Below are positions 20,468-29,587 of a DNA stretch of 64,000 nt, piece after piece; the first letter of the stretch is position 1; each line of letters starts with the position of its first letter. Below the pieces are notes generated by a model, which was given only the letters and a program-made list of their open reading frames with translations, made no database searches and was not told where the DNA came from. The position numbers and the translations under genes are program-made. The DNA comes from an uncultured Actinomycetota bacterium (GTDB taxonomy: Bacteria; Actinomycetota; UBA4738; HRBIN12). The stretch covers positions 664,115 through 728,114 of the forward strand of contig CAWBIH010000002.1 in NCBI GenBank assembly GCA_963788925.1, read 5' to 3'.

Positions 20468-20941
20468 CTATTCGAGCTCGCGCCGGCGCGGATCTCGCGC
20501 GACCGGTGGACGGTACTCGGGCTCGCCCCGGAGGACCAGGAATTCCACCGCGGCCCAGATCATCTTCGAGCGCGGATAGAACCAGAGCGGCACCCCGATC
20601 AGCACCACGGCGCTCATGATCAGCAACGGCACGACCGGCACGTCGGGGACCGTGAGCACCACCCCAACGATCAGGGCGACGAGCCAGAGGCCGATCGCCA
20701 CGGCGTAGTTGAGCGTCATCGCCCCGAGGAAGCCGCCCTCCTCCCTTGCGAACCGGAGCTCGCAACGAGGGCAGGCCCTCTTGGGTTGGAACCAGCTCAC
20801 GAAGGTGTCCCGTTCGCCGCACCGAGGGCAGCGCTTCCGGAAGCCCCGCAGGAGCGCCTTGGTCGCGCTCACCTCGGGGAACAGAGGAGTGGACGCGGAG
20901 CCAGGAACCGGTTCCAGCGACGAGTAGGGGTCGGAACCCAT
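20468..20941 (-). CDS. DUF983 family membrane protein (two CPxC motifs + 2 TM)
   Basis: RCPRCG...CPRCELRF.REEG.FLGAM..NY; own ATG at 20941 with GGGAGG SD. Confidence 0.85.
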   Translation of the reverse strand: MGSDPYSSLEPVPGSASTPLFPEVSATKALLRGFRKRCPRCGERDTFVSWFQPKRACPRCELRFAREEGGFLGAMTLNYAVAIGLWLVALIVGVVLTVPDVPVVPLLIMSAVVLIGVPLWFYPRSKMIWAAVEFLVLRGEPEYRPPVARDPRRRELE

Positions 20942-20964
20942 CCTCCCAGCGTAGCCCTGGGCGG

Positions 20965-22546
20965 TCAGTGCTTGTGCGCGTGCTTCGGCTTGGAGTGTTG
21001 CGACGTGACGGCTACTCCGAGGCCCTGCCCGCGCGCCGGTGTGAGACCAAGCTTCGAGGGGGGGCCGCCGTGCGGGTTGTGCTCGGCGCTCTTCCCTGGC
21101 ATGGCCTTGGCGGCGCTCTTCTTGCCGTCGCCGTCGTGATCGCCGTCGCCGTCGTGATCGCCGTCGCCGTCGTGATCGCCGTCGTGATCGCCGTCGTGAT
21201 CGCCGTCGCCGTCGTGATCGCCGTCGCCGTCGTGATCGCCGTCGCCGTGGTGGTCGCCGTCGTGGTCGCCGTCGTGGTCGTGATCTCCGTGCGTGGTCGC
21301 CGTCGTGGTCGCCGTCGCCATCGTGATCGCCGTCGTGATCGCCGTCGCCACCGTGGCCGCCGCCACCGTTGCCACCACCGCCGTTGCCGCCACCGCCGTT
21401 GCCGCCACCACCGCCGCCACCGCCACCTTGCCACCACCGCCGTTGCCACCGCCGCCGTTGCCGCCGTTCCCACCGCCACCGCCAGCCGCCGTCAACGCCC
21501 GTGCCGCCGTCACCGCCCGTGCCGCCGTCGCCCGGGTTGGTGACCGGCACGTCGGAGCCACCGGTGGTCGGCCCCGCGAGGGGGCCACCGCCGAGGCCCC
21601 TGTCCGTTCCGCCGTTCGTCCCCTCGGGACCGGCCGGCTCATCGACCACCGGAACGGGGTTGTAGCCGGATCCTCCGAGCGAGCCGTCGCCGAACGGGCC
21701 CTGGGAGCCGGATCCGGGCCGGACGAGGCCGGGGATCCCGGGAGGAACGAAACCCCCACCGCGGACCACCGAGGTCGGGACCCTGCCTCCGCCGAGTGCG
21801 AGGGCCAGGACGAGTGCGCTCACGGCTGCTGCGCCACTCAGAGCGAGCGTCCCGAGCCGGCGGTTCCACTCCGAGCGCTCCACGACCGGCTCGTCGACCG
21901 AGCCAGCATCGGATGTGTCTCCTCCGCCGATGTCGAGCACCGGTTCGAGCTCGGATCCTGCGCCTGGCAAGACGATGAGCGGCGCGGGGATCCCATCCTT
22001 CCGCTCGGGATCGGTCCGCTTGGACCGCCGGCCGCTCGGGTGAAGTCGCTTCCCGCGTTTCTGCAGGCTGGTCACGCTGGGGCGCTTGGTCGCCGCGGCA
22101 CCGGCACCGGCAGCAGCGCCGGCGAGGAGCAGCTTGTCCCGCAGCGTGGCGGGGTCTTTTCGGACCTTGTCGATCCAGTCGGGCCGGTCGAAGGCGGTGA
22201 GTCCCGCGGCCACGCCCATGACGTGCTCGACGGCCGGTCCGAGGTCTCGGAGGATCTTCGCGGGCTCGACCCTCGCGTCACCGCCGATCGGGACGACGAA
22301 CGAGGGCCATACCAGCACGACCTTGGCCTGAGGGTGGACCTCGTGAACCATCGAGACGGCCGTGACCCCGATGCCGTCGTCGAGGACGACCACGTCTGGT
22401 CGCTGCGCCTCGATCGCGCCCGAAAGGTCGGCTGAACTCCTGGCCTCACCGACCACATCGAAGCCTTCACCCTCGAGTACGAAGCGAAGAAGCCCTCGTT
22501 GCGCCGTTCGACCCTCGCCGACGACGATGCGTATCCGTCGTGCCAT
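20965..22546 (-). CDS. Pseudo-receiver domain + TM + Gly-rich and (DHDG[DG])n His/Asp repeat protein; frameshifts within the repeats
   Basis: N-terminal REC-like segment (FDVVGEA..PDVVVLDD), TM LALSGAAAVSALVLALALGG, Gly repeats, DHDGDG repeats; the true C-terminus ...KPKHAHKH is in frame 20965. Confidence 0.75.
21124..21348. repeat. Tandem 12/18-nt repeats (gccgtcgtgatc / gccgtcgccgtcgtgatc) encoding DHDG/DHDGDG
   Basis: More than 12 units directly visible. Confidence 0.95.
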
Positions 22547-22739
22547 GTTCCTCCCCAGATGCCCGGCCGAGCGTACCCCACGGAGCTCAGTCTGGCCTCA
22601 TCCGTATGGAGGTATTCACGCCGAAAGGCGTAGGACGGCCGGGCCACTCCCGTCCATCCGGCCGGGCCTACGGTTCCGCCGGCCGGGCCGGTCGACCTGA
22701 CACAATGGAGCGGTCAGCCCCGGAAGGCCGCGAACGCCA

Positions 22740-25700
22740 GTGTCGGACACGATCGAACAGACAGCGCCCGCCGCTTCCGAGCTCCATCCCAAGATCGAGG
22801 AGATGCTGGCTCGGATCGGGCGGGAGGCGCCGGAACGGGCCGAAGCCCTCCAGGTCTTCGCCCGAGCGCTCCTGCGCCGGTTGGCCGACGATGACCTCGA
22901 AGAGATCACCTCCGACGAGCTGTACGCGCTGGCGACCTCCGCCTTCGAGTTCGCGGACGGCCGAGGCCTCGAGGCCTCGGCCGTCCGCGTCTTCAACGCC
23001 GACCCGGACACCCACGGTTATCGCTGCCTCGGAACCGTTATCGAGGTGGCCACCGACGACTCGCCGTTCCTCGTCGACTCGATCTCGGAAGAGATCACGG
23101 CGAGAGGTCTCACGATCAAGCGCCTGCTCCACCCGGTGATCGGCACGGTTCGCGATGAAGACGGCCGTCTCACCCGGGTGATGTCCGGGCGGGAGGCCGA
23201 GCATCGAGAGTCCTTCATGCACTTCGAGGTCGACCGACCCCTCGCCGACGAGGTGAATGCAGATCTCGAGGCTCGGGTGCGTCGCATCCTCCGGGACGTG
23301 TCGCTCGTCGTCCGTGACTTCGATCCGATGCAGGATCGGGTGCGGCACATGATGGAGTTGGCGCGTGCCGCCCAGGTCCGCTACTCACCCGAGGTCGTCG
23401 AGGAGGTCGCCAAGTTCCTCGACTGGCTCCTCCAGCTGAACTTCGTCCTCCTCGGCTATCGCGAGTACGAGCTCCTGGAGACCGAGAAAGGTCGCGCGAT
23501 CCAGGCGGTCCCCGGCAGCGGCCTGGGGATCCTCTCCGACGTCGACGCCTCGACGTTCTCGAAGTTGACCCTGCTCTCGTCGCTCTCTCCAGACATCCGC
23601 GATCGGATCGAGGACGGCGAGCTGTTGATCTATTCGAAGACCCAGGCGTACTCGACGGTGCATCGGCGAGCGCGCATGGACTACATCGGCGTGCGCAAGG
23701 TTGACCCCGACGGCTCGATCGTCGGCGAGGCCCGACTGATCGGACTGTTCACGAGCAAGGCCTACATGGAGCCGGCCGCGAAGACGCCGCTCCTGCATCA
23801 CAAGCTCGAGCAGCTGATCGCCGCCGAGGACCTCATCCCTGGTTCGCACGACTACAAAGCGGTCGTCGCGCTGTTCGAGTCGTTCCCCAAGGACGAGCTC
23901 TTCCAGGCCTCCGCCGAAGAGATCCGCCGCCTCGTCGTCGGGTTGCTGCAGCTCGAGAAGCACGGCGGCATCCGGGTGCTCATCCGCCGCGACCTGTACG
24001 GGCGGAACGTCTCGGTCGTCGTCGCGCTACCCCGAGACCGGTTCAATGCCGATCTCCGCAAGCGCTTGCAGGCCTTGTTCCTGGAACGTTTCCACGGGAC
24101 GACGATCGACTATCACCTCTCCCTCGGGGAAACGGAGTCGGCCCGGATCTTCTTCACGATCCACGTCGCCCCCGGCGTGCCGATCCCCGACGTCCGCTAC
24201 GAGGAGCTCGAACAAGAAGTCGAGCGGCTGGCGCGCACGTGGGAAGACGACCTGCTCGAGGCGTTGACGGAGCGCGTCGGCGCCGGACGAGCGGTCGCGC
24301 TGATGGACGAGTACGCGCCTCGCTTCCCGGACTACTACAAGTCCTACGACGACTGGGACCTGGTCGTCGACGACGTCTTGATGCTCGAACGGCTGGAAGC
24401 CACCACGGAGGGTTTCCTCGTCGGTCTCGGGAACGAATCGAAGGGCGAGCGTCTGACGCGCGTGAAGCTCTACAAGACCGGCGGCAAGGTGGATCTCTCC
24501 GAGTTCATGCCGATCCTCGACGCGCTCGGGCTTCGCGTCGTCGAAGAGGTGCCGACCGCGATGGAAGGAGAGGGTCGCGTCTACATCCACGACTTCGGGG
24601 TGCTCGACTCTCGCGGCGCCGTCCTGGAGCTCGGCGAGGCGGCCGAGCGCGTCACCGACATGATCGCAGCGGTCTGGCGTGGGCAGTGCGACTCGGACTC
24701 GCTGAACCGTCTGGTCACGCTGACCTCGCTCACGTGGTGGGAGATCAGGATCCTCCGCGCGCTCCGCAACTACCGGATGCGGGTCTCGGCTCGCTACACC
24801 GAGAACTACCGGAACGACGCGATGGCCGCCTATCCTCAGATCTCGGAGCGCTTGGTCAGGATGTTCGAAGCCAGGTTCGATCCTGTCCGCGCGGTATCGG
24901 ACGAAGCCATCGACGAGATCCGGCAGGCGATCCACCAAGATCTCCGCGGCGTTTCTTCCCTCGACCAGGACAACATCCTTCGGCATCTCCTCGGGACGAT
25001 CGAGGCCATCGTGCGGACGAACGTCTACATGCCGGACCGTCCGGCCCTGAGCTTCAAGCTCCAATCCGAGCGTGTCCCCGAGATGCCGAAGCCCACACCG
25101 CTCTTCGAGGTGTGGGTGTACTCGACGGAGATGGAAGCGATCCACCTCCGGGCGGGGATGGTCTCCAGGGGTGGGATCAGGTGGTCGGATCGACGAGAGG
25201 ACTTCCGGACCGAGGTGCTCGGTCTGATGAAAGCCCAGAAGGTGAAGAACGCCGTCATCGTGCCCGACGGATCCAAGGGCGGATTCGTTCTCAAGCGGCA
25301 GTCGGTCGCGCCGGAACTGGTGAAGGCGGAGGTGGCCAAGCAGTACGTCACCTTCATGGAGGGCTTGCTCGACATCACCGACAACCTGGTGAAGGGCGAG
25401 GTCGTGCACCCGGAAGGGGTACGCGTGATGGACGGCCCCGATCCGTACCTCGTCGTGGCGGCCGACAAGGGGACCGCCGCGCTCTCCGACACGGCGAACG
25501 ACGTGAGCCAGCGGTACGGCTTCTGGCTCGGCGACGCCTTCGCGTCGGGAGGCTCCCATGGCTACGACCACAAGGCTCTCGGCATCACGGCGCGGGGCGT
25601 CTGGGAGTCGGTGAGGAGGCACTTCCGCGAGCTGGGTCTCGATCCCGCGACGAACCCGTTCACGGTCGTTGGGATCGGAGACATGTCCGGAGACGTGTTC

Positions 25701-27557
25701 GGCAACGGCATGCTCTACACGCGGAGGCTCCGGCTGCTCGCCGCCTTCGATCATCGGCACGTCTTCCTCGATCCCGACCCCGATCCCGTCACGTCGTTCG
25801 CGGAGCGGAAGCGCCTGTTCGAGCTGCCCGGCTCGTCGTGGGCCGACTACGACCGCTCGATCCTCTCCGAAGGGGCCGACGTGATCGACCGGGCAGCCAA
25901 ATGGGTGACGCTCTCGCCGCAGGTGCGGGCGGCGTTCGCGATCCCCGATGACGCGCCCAAGGAGATGACGCCGGCGGACGTGATCCGGTGGGTGCTGCAG
26001 GCTCCCGTCGATCTGCTCTGGAACGGCGGGATCGGCACGTACGTGAAGGCCACGAACGAGGGCCACACCGAGGTCGGCGATCGAGCGAACGACCCGGTGC
26101 GGATCAATGGCAGCCAGGTGCGGGCTCGCGTCGTTGGGGAGGGCGGCAACCTGGGGTTCACGCAGCGGGGCAGGATCGAGTACGCGCTCACGGGCGGACG
26201 GATCAACTCCGACTTCATCGACAACTCGGCGGGCGTCGACACCTCCGACCGGGAAGTGAACCTGAAGATCCTTCTGGGCCTCGCGATCGAGCGGGGGGAG
26301 CTCACCACGGACGACCGGAACCTTCTCTTGGAGGCATGCACGGACGACGTGGTCCGCCGGGTGCTCTACGACAACTACCTCCAAGCCCAGGTCCTGTCTC
26401 AGGAGTTCGCGGTCGCGGCCGAACGGAACGAGGCGTGCGAGGATCTGATGCTCCAACTCGAAGCCGAGGGCGAGCTGGATCGGGCCGTCGAATTCCTGCC
26501 GACGTCGGAAGAGATGGCGGAGCGGCGAGGTCGCGGCGAGGGGCTCACTCGGCCGGAGATCGCGCTCCTCGTGGCCTACTCGAAGCGTTCGATCAAGCGT
26601 GACCTGCTGGATGCCGACCTTCCCGATTCGCAGTACCTCGAGCAGGATCTCGTCCGGTACTTCCCGGAGAAGATCGTCGAGGGATTCCGACCACTGCTCG
26701 GGGAGCACCCGCTCCGCCGTGAGCTGATCGCGACGATCGTGTCGAACGATGTCGTGAACTCGCAGGGGGTCACGTTCGTCTCGCGACTCGTTGCGGAGAC
26801 CGGGGCGACCCCCGCGGAGGTCGTACGGGCGTTCAGGATCGCCCGCGACGCGATCGACGCAGTATCGCGATGGGACGACATCGAGGCCCTCGACGGCAAG
26901 ATCGACCCCGGGATCCAGAACGAGCTGATGACGGCGGTGGACCGGCTCGTGGAATCGACCGCCCGGTGGTACCTCGTCCGCGCCCCCGACCTCCGGCTGG
27001 GCGATGCCGTGGAGCAGACGAGATCCGCCTTCGCGGAGCTGTCTTCCGTGATCGAGCAGATAGGTCCAGAAGCGTGGCGCGAGCAGCGAGAGCGTGAGGC
27101 CGAACGACTGATCGCCGAGGGCGTGCCCGACGAGCTTGCCAGGCGGCACGCGTTCCAGGACGAGCTGGTGCACGGGCCGGACATCATCTCGGTGTCACGG
27201 GCGACGGGGCGCCCGGTGCTCGAGGTCGCCCGCGGCTTCTTCCTCCTCGGCGAGCGGCTCGCCATCGACTGGTTGGAGCAGCGACTGGCGGAGCAGCCGG
27301 CGAAGACGCGCTGGCAACGATGGGCGCTGCATTCGATGGAGGACGACCTGTACACGATCCGCCGTCAGATCATCGAGACCATCCTCGAGCACGCGGGAGG
27401 CCGGCCCATCGACGAGGCCGTCGAGGCGTTCCTGGAGGATCGCAGCGCCGCCTACGGCAGGGTGCATCGGTTCATGCGTTCGCTGGCGATGGAAGGGGTG
27501 ACCGATCTCTCACAGCTCACGGTCGCTCTCCGTCAGCTCCGCTCGCTCGTTTCCTGA
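22740..27557 (+). CDS. Large NAD-specific glutamate dehydrogenase
   Basis: 1605 aa; RGGIRWSDRREDFRTE, KNAVIVP.GSKGGF, VVAADKGTA, GIGDMSGDVFGNGML, IDNSAGVD. Confidence 0.97.
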   Translation: MSDTIEQTAPAASELHPKIEEMLARIGREAPERAEALQVFARALLRRLADDDLEEITSDELYALATSAFEFADGRGLEASAVRVFNADPDTHGYRCLGTVIEVATDDSPFLVDSISEEITARGLTIKRLLHPVIGTVRDEDGRLTRVMSGREAEHRESFMHFEVDRPLADEVNADLEARVRRILRDVSLVVRDFDPMQDRVRHMMELARAAQVRYSPEVVEEVAKFLDWLLQLNFVLLGYREYELLETEKGRAIQAVPGSGLGILSDVDASTFSKLTLLSSLSPDIRDRIEDGELLIYSKTQAYSTVHRRARMDYIGVRKVDPDGSIVGEARLIGLFTSKAYMEPAAKTPLLHHKLEQLIAAEDLIPGSHDYKAVVALFESFPKDELFQASAEEIRRLVVGLLQLEKHGGIRVLIRRDLYGRNVSVVVALPRDRFNADLRKRLQALFLERFHGTTIDYHLSLGETESARIFFTIHVAPGVPIPDVRYEELEQEVERLARTWEDDLLEALTERVGAGRAVALMDEYAPRFPDYYKSYDDWDLVVDDVLMLERLEATTEGFLVGLGNESKGERLTRVKLYKTGGKVDLSEFMPILDALGLRVVEEVPTAMEGEGRVYIHDFGVLDSRGAVLELGEAAERVTDMIAAVWRGQCDSDSLNRLVTLTSLTWWEIRILRALRNYRMRVSARYTENYRNDAMAAYPQISERLVRMFEARFDPVRAVSDEAIDEIRQAIHQDLRGVSSLDQDNILRHLLGTIEAIVRTNVYMPDRPALSFKLQSERVPEMPKPTPLFEVWVYSTEMEAIHLRAGMVSRGGIRWSDRREDFRTEVLGLMKAQKVKNAVIVPDGSKGGFVLKRQSVAPELVKAEVAKQYVTFMEGLLDITDNLVKGEVVHPEGVRVMDGPDPYLVVAADKGTAALSDTANDVSQRYGFWLGDAFASGGSHGYDHKALGITARGVWESVRRHFRELGLDPATNPFTVVGIGDMSGDVFGNGMLYTRRLRLLAAFDHRHVFLDPDPDPVTSFAERKRLFELPGSSWADYDRSILSEGADVIDRAAKWVTLSPQVRAAFAIPDDAPKEMTPADVIRWVLQAPVDLLWNGGIGTYVKATNEGHTEVGDRANDPVRINGSQVRARVVGEGGNLGFTQRGRIEYALTGGRINSDFIDNSAGVDTSDREVNLKILLGLAIERGELTTDDRNLLLEACTDDVVRRVLYDNYLQAQVLSQEFAVAAERNEACEDLMLQLEAEGELDRAVEFLPTSEEMAERRGRGEGLTRPEIALLVAYSKRSIKRDLLDADLPDSQYLEQDLVRYFPEKIVEGFRPLLGEHPLRRELIATIVSNDVVNSQGVTFVSRLVAETGATPAEVVRAFRIARDAIDAVSRWDDIEALDGKIDPGIQNELMTAVDRLVESTARWYLVRAPDLRLGDAVEQTRSAFAELSSVIEQIGPEAWREQREREAERLIAEGVPDELARRHAFQDELVHGPDIISVSRATGRPVLEVARGFFLLGERLAIDWLEQRLAEQPAKTRWQRWALHSMEDDLYTIRRQIIETILEHAGGRPIDEAVEAFLEDRSAAYGRVHRFMRSLAMEGVTDLSQLTVALRQLRSLVS

Positions 27558-27560
27558 AGG

Positions 27561-28004
27561 TCACCCGCCGTAGAAGATCGTCGTCACCCAGACCGCGCCA
27601 CGCGCCCTCACGACGCCGATCCCGATCCGCCGGTAGCGGGTGTTGAGGATGTTGGCGCGGTGCCCGGAGCTGTGCATCCAGAGGGTTCGCACACGGGTCA
27701 ACAAGCCCGCCATCCCGACGTTCTCTCCCCACGTCGACGGTCGATAGACGCGGACCGCGTCGTAGAGATTGCCCGTGTGGAAGATGTTGTTCTGACTCGC
27801 CATCGCCTTCGAATGGAGCCACGCGCGGTGAGAGACCGTGACGTTCAGCCGGAAGGTCGGACGCCCGTACGCCTGCCGGGTGTGGTTCAGGAGGTGAAGC
27901 ACCTTGTTCCTCCGGGCGAGGTCGTCGGCGTGAGCTGTAGACGACATCCCCGCAAGGAGCACGGCGACGACCACCACGAGGAGTGGGAGTCTCCGATAGG
28001 TCAT
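27561..28004 (-). CDS. Secreted CAP/SCP domain protein
   Basis: Signal peptide; HSKAMA, GENVG, WMHSSGHRANIL, IGIG. Confidence 0.92.
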   Translation of the reverse strand: MTYRRLPLLVVVVAVLLAGMSSTAHADDLARRNKVLHLLNHTRQAYGRPTFRLNVTVSHRAWLHSKAMASQNNIFHTGNLYDAVRVYRPSTWGENVGMAGLLTRVRTLWMHSSGHRANILNTRYRRIGIGVVRARGAVWVTTIFYGG

Positions 28005-28019
28005 CGGCTGAGGACGAGG

Positions 28020-28045
28020 CTACCCACCGACTCGTCATCTCGAAC
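28020..28045 (-). promoter_or_regulatory. Candidate sigmaF/sigmaB-type promoter GTTC-N16-GGGTAG for the CAP gene
   Basis: Resembles the GTTT-N15/17-GGGTA consensus; 15 nt upstream of the ATG. Confidence 0.4.
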
Positions 28046-28136
28046 CCGATGTGTGACATCTTCACGACATTTCGACGGGTGTCACGGCGTCGCAAATCCT
28101 TTACGAGGTATCTCTGCAGCGCAACCCTTCCGGCGC

Positions 28137-28358
28137 TCAGGTCCCGGCTGCGCACGCGCAGCCGGGACCGCAGCCCGTCGTCGCGGGCCGTGGGGTCTGT
28201 TCGACCGTTTTCCTTGTTGTGACTGCGAACACTGACAGTGATCGCACAGTGTTTGCATGACCTCCAGGGCATCGGATCGCGGCATCGGCGTCGGCGATCG
28301 TGCGACGCGATTCGAAGGTCGCGCCGCACGATCGACACCGGTACTCGTAGGTCGGCAC
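28137..28358 (-). CDS. FmdB-family zinc-ribbon protein with a Cys-rich tail
   Basis: MPTYEYRCRSCG..FE, CPGGH, C-terminal CGPGCAC. Confidence 0.88.
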   Translation of the reverse strand: MPTYEYRCRSCGATFESRRTIADADAAIRCPGGHANTVRSLSVFAVTTRKTVEQTPRPATTGCGPGCACAAGT

Positions 28359-28363
28359 CGCGA

Positions 28364-29260
28364 TCAGTCCGAGGCCGGCGGAGCCGGCGGCTCGTCTTCG
28401 GGCGGGATGGCGGCGCCCGGTGCTTCAGGGGGAAATGGTGCAGTCTCGATAGGTGTCGCGGGCGCTGTGGGCGGCGGTGGAGGATCGATCGGTGCCACGG
28501 GTTCGATCGGACCCCCGGGCATGGCGGGAGGATCCGCCTCGACCGGCATCATCGTTCCGTCGTCCGTCCAGCCGGCCGGTGCGGGCTTCTTGCGGTGCGT
28601 GAGCATGAAGGCGATCGCGCCCAGGACGAGGGCGCCCACCGCGATCAGCAGGATCATCAGCAGCGGTGAGTTCGCGGAGGGGATCGCGCTCGCCACCGCG
28701 TCGACCCTGGTGTTCTCGCCGAACTTGGGCTCCCACGTCACCGTGTTGCCGTCGATCGCGCCGGTCGCCGACTTCACCTCACCGGGGAACTTGATCGAGA
28801 TCTTGAACTCGAAGCTTTCCAGGAACTGCTGGGGGACCTCGGTCCCGGTGAATTCGGGGCCACTCATATCGAACGCGCCGGTGACACGGAACTCGTCACC
28901 CACCCGCACGATGTTCAGCTCGTCGCCCGAGCCTCCACCCGCGCCCGACAGCGAGTTGTTCCCGGTGAATTCCGCGAGCGGCACCTCGTCGAACGTGATC
29001 GTTTTCCCGACGAACCCGTCCTCCTCGTAGCTGTCGATCGTGGCGTTGGCGGGGAGATCGGACAGATCCATGTCCTTGAACAGCTGATCCGCGGATTGCC
29101 CGCTGAGCTCGAGAAGACTCTCGTCGACGGCGATGATCGCGGTCCCCGAGACGGTGTTTTCGGGGGTCACGTCGATGTTCATGTTGACCCTGAAGCATCC
29201 CGCGAGCAATAGCGCCAGGGCTCCCATGCCCAGGAACCGCCCCAGCCTCCGTGCGTTCAT
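28364..29260 (-). CDS. LppM/DUF3153-like lipoprotein with a C-terminal TM and Pro-rich tail
   Basis: Lipobox LLAGC, FPGEV..ATG.IDGNTVTW, C-terminal TM. Confidence 0.78.
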   Translation of the reverse strand: MNARRLGRFLGMGALALLLAGCFRVNMNIDVTPENTVSGTAIIAVDESLLELSGQSADQLFKDMDLSDLPANATIDSYEEDGFVGKTITFDEVPLAEFTGNNSLSGAGGGSGDELNIVRVGDEFRVTGAFDMSGPEFTGTEVPQQFLESFEFKISIKFPGEVKSATGAIDGNTVTWEPKFGENTRVDAVASAIPSANSPLLMILLIAVGALVLGAIAFMLTHRKKPAPAGWTDDGTMMPVEADPPAMPGGPIEPVAPIDPPPPPTAPATPIETAPFPPEAPGAAIPPEDEPPAPPASD

Positions 29261-29363
29261 CCCATCCTCCTCGGACTTCAAGTCACGCGGAGCCTACCGC
29301 CGGCCTGCTCCAGGGTCGAGAGCGCGTGGTTGAACCAGCGTTGGTGAGCGGCCGTGGGAGTCG

Positions 29364-29469
29364 AAAATGCGGGTCGGAGGGTCCGGGAAGGGGGTGGGTT
29401 CCCCGTGACCCTCCGACTCCACACATCTGAGGACGGGGTCTCGGCCGGAGGGGCCGAGACGCCGCTGCG
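29364..29469 (-). ncRNA. Candidate ~105-nt sRNA with two C-rich-loop hairpins (6C/F6-like)
   Basis: Hairpin 1 GUCUCGGCC-CCUCC-GGCCGAGAC; hairpin 2 GUCGGAGGGUC...loop CCCACCCCC...GACCCUCCGAC followed by UUUU; own promoter directly upstream. Confidence 0.65.
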
Positions 29470-29475
29470 CCGTCT

Positions 29476-29500
29476 TTACCCTCGGTCCGCCGTCCTAAAC
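29476..29500 (-). promoter_or_regulatory. sigmaF/sigmaB-type promoter GTTT-N15-GGGTAA
   Basis: Match to the actinobacterial SigF/SigB-family consensus immediately upstream of the hairpins. Confidence 0.65.
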
Positions 29501-29587
29501 GCCCGATCTGGAAAAAATCGGCCGATGAAGATCCCGTGAAGAGGTGCGGTCGCCTCTCGCACATGGAGGAGTTGCGGGATCAGCCTG

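Noticed and set aside
21124-21348. Tandem repeats as a CRISPR array or phase-variation tract
   Set aside because: No unique spacers, unit lengths are multiples of 3 and coding, and no cas genes are present.
20468-22546. 692-aa ORF fusing the REC-like protein to DUF983 through an Arg-rich RRRSRR tract
   Set aside because: Frameshift artefact: the Arg tract is the off-frame reading of the DHDG repeats, and DUF983 has its own SD and ATG at 20941.
28050-28086. TGTGA...TCAC as a CRP site; GTGACA...TGTCAC inverted repeat
   Set aside because: Spacing is N5 rather than N6, and there is no second copy supporting a specific regulator.
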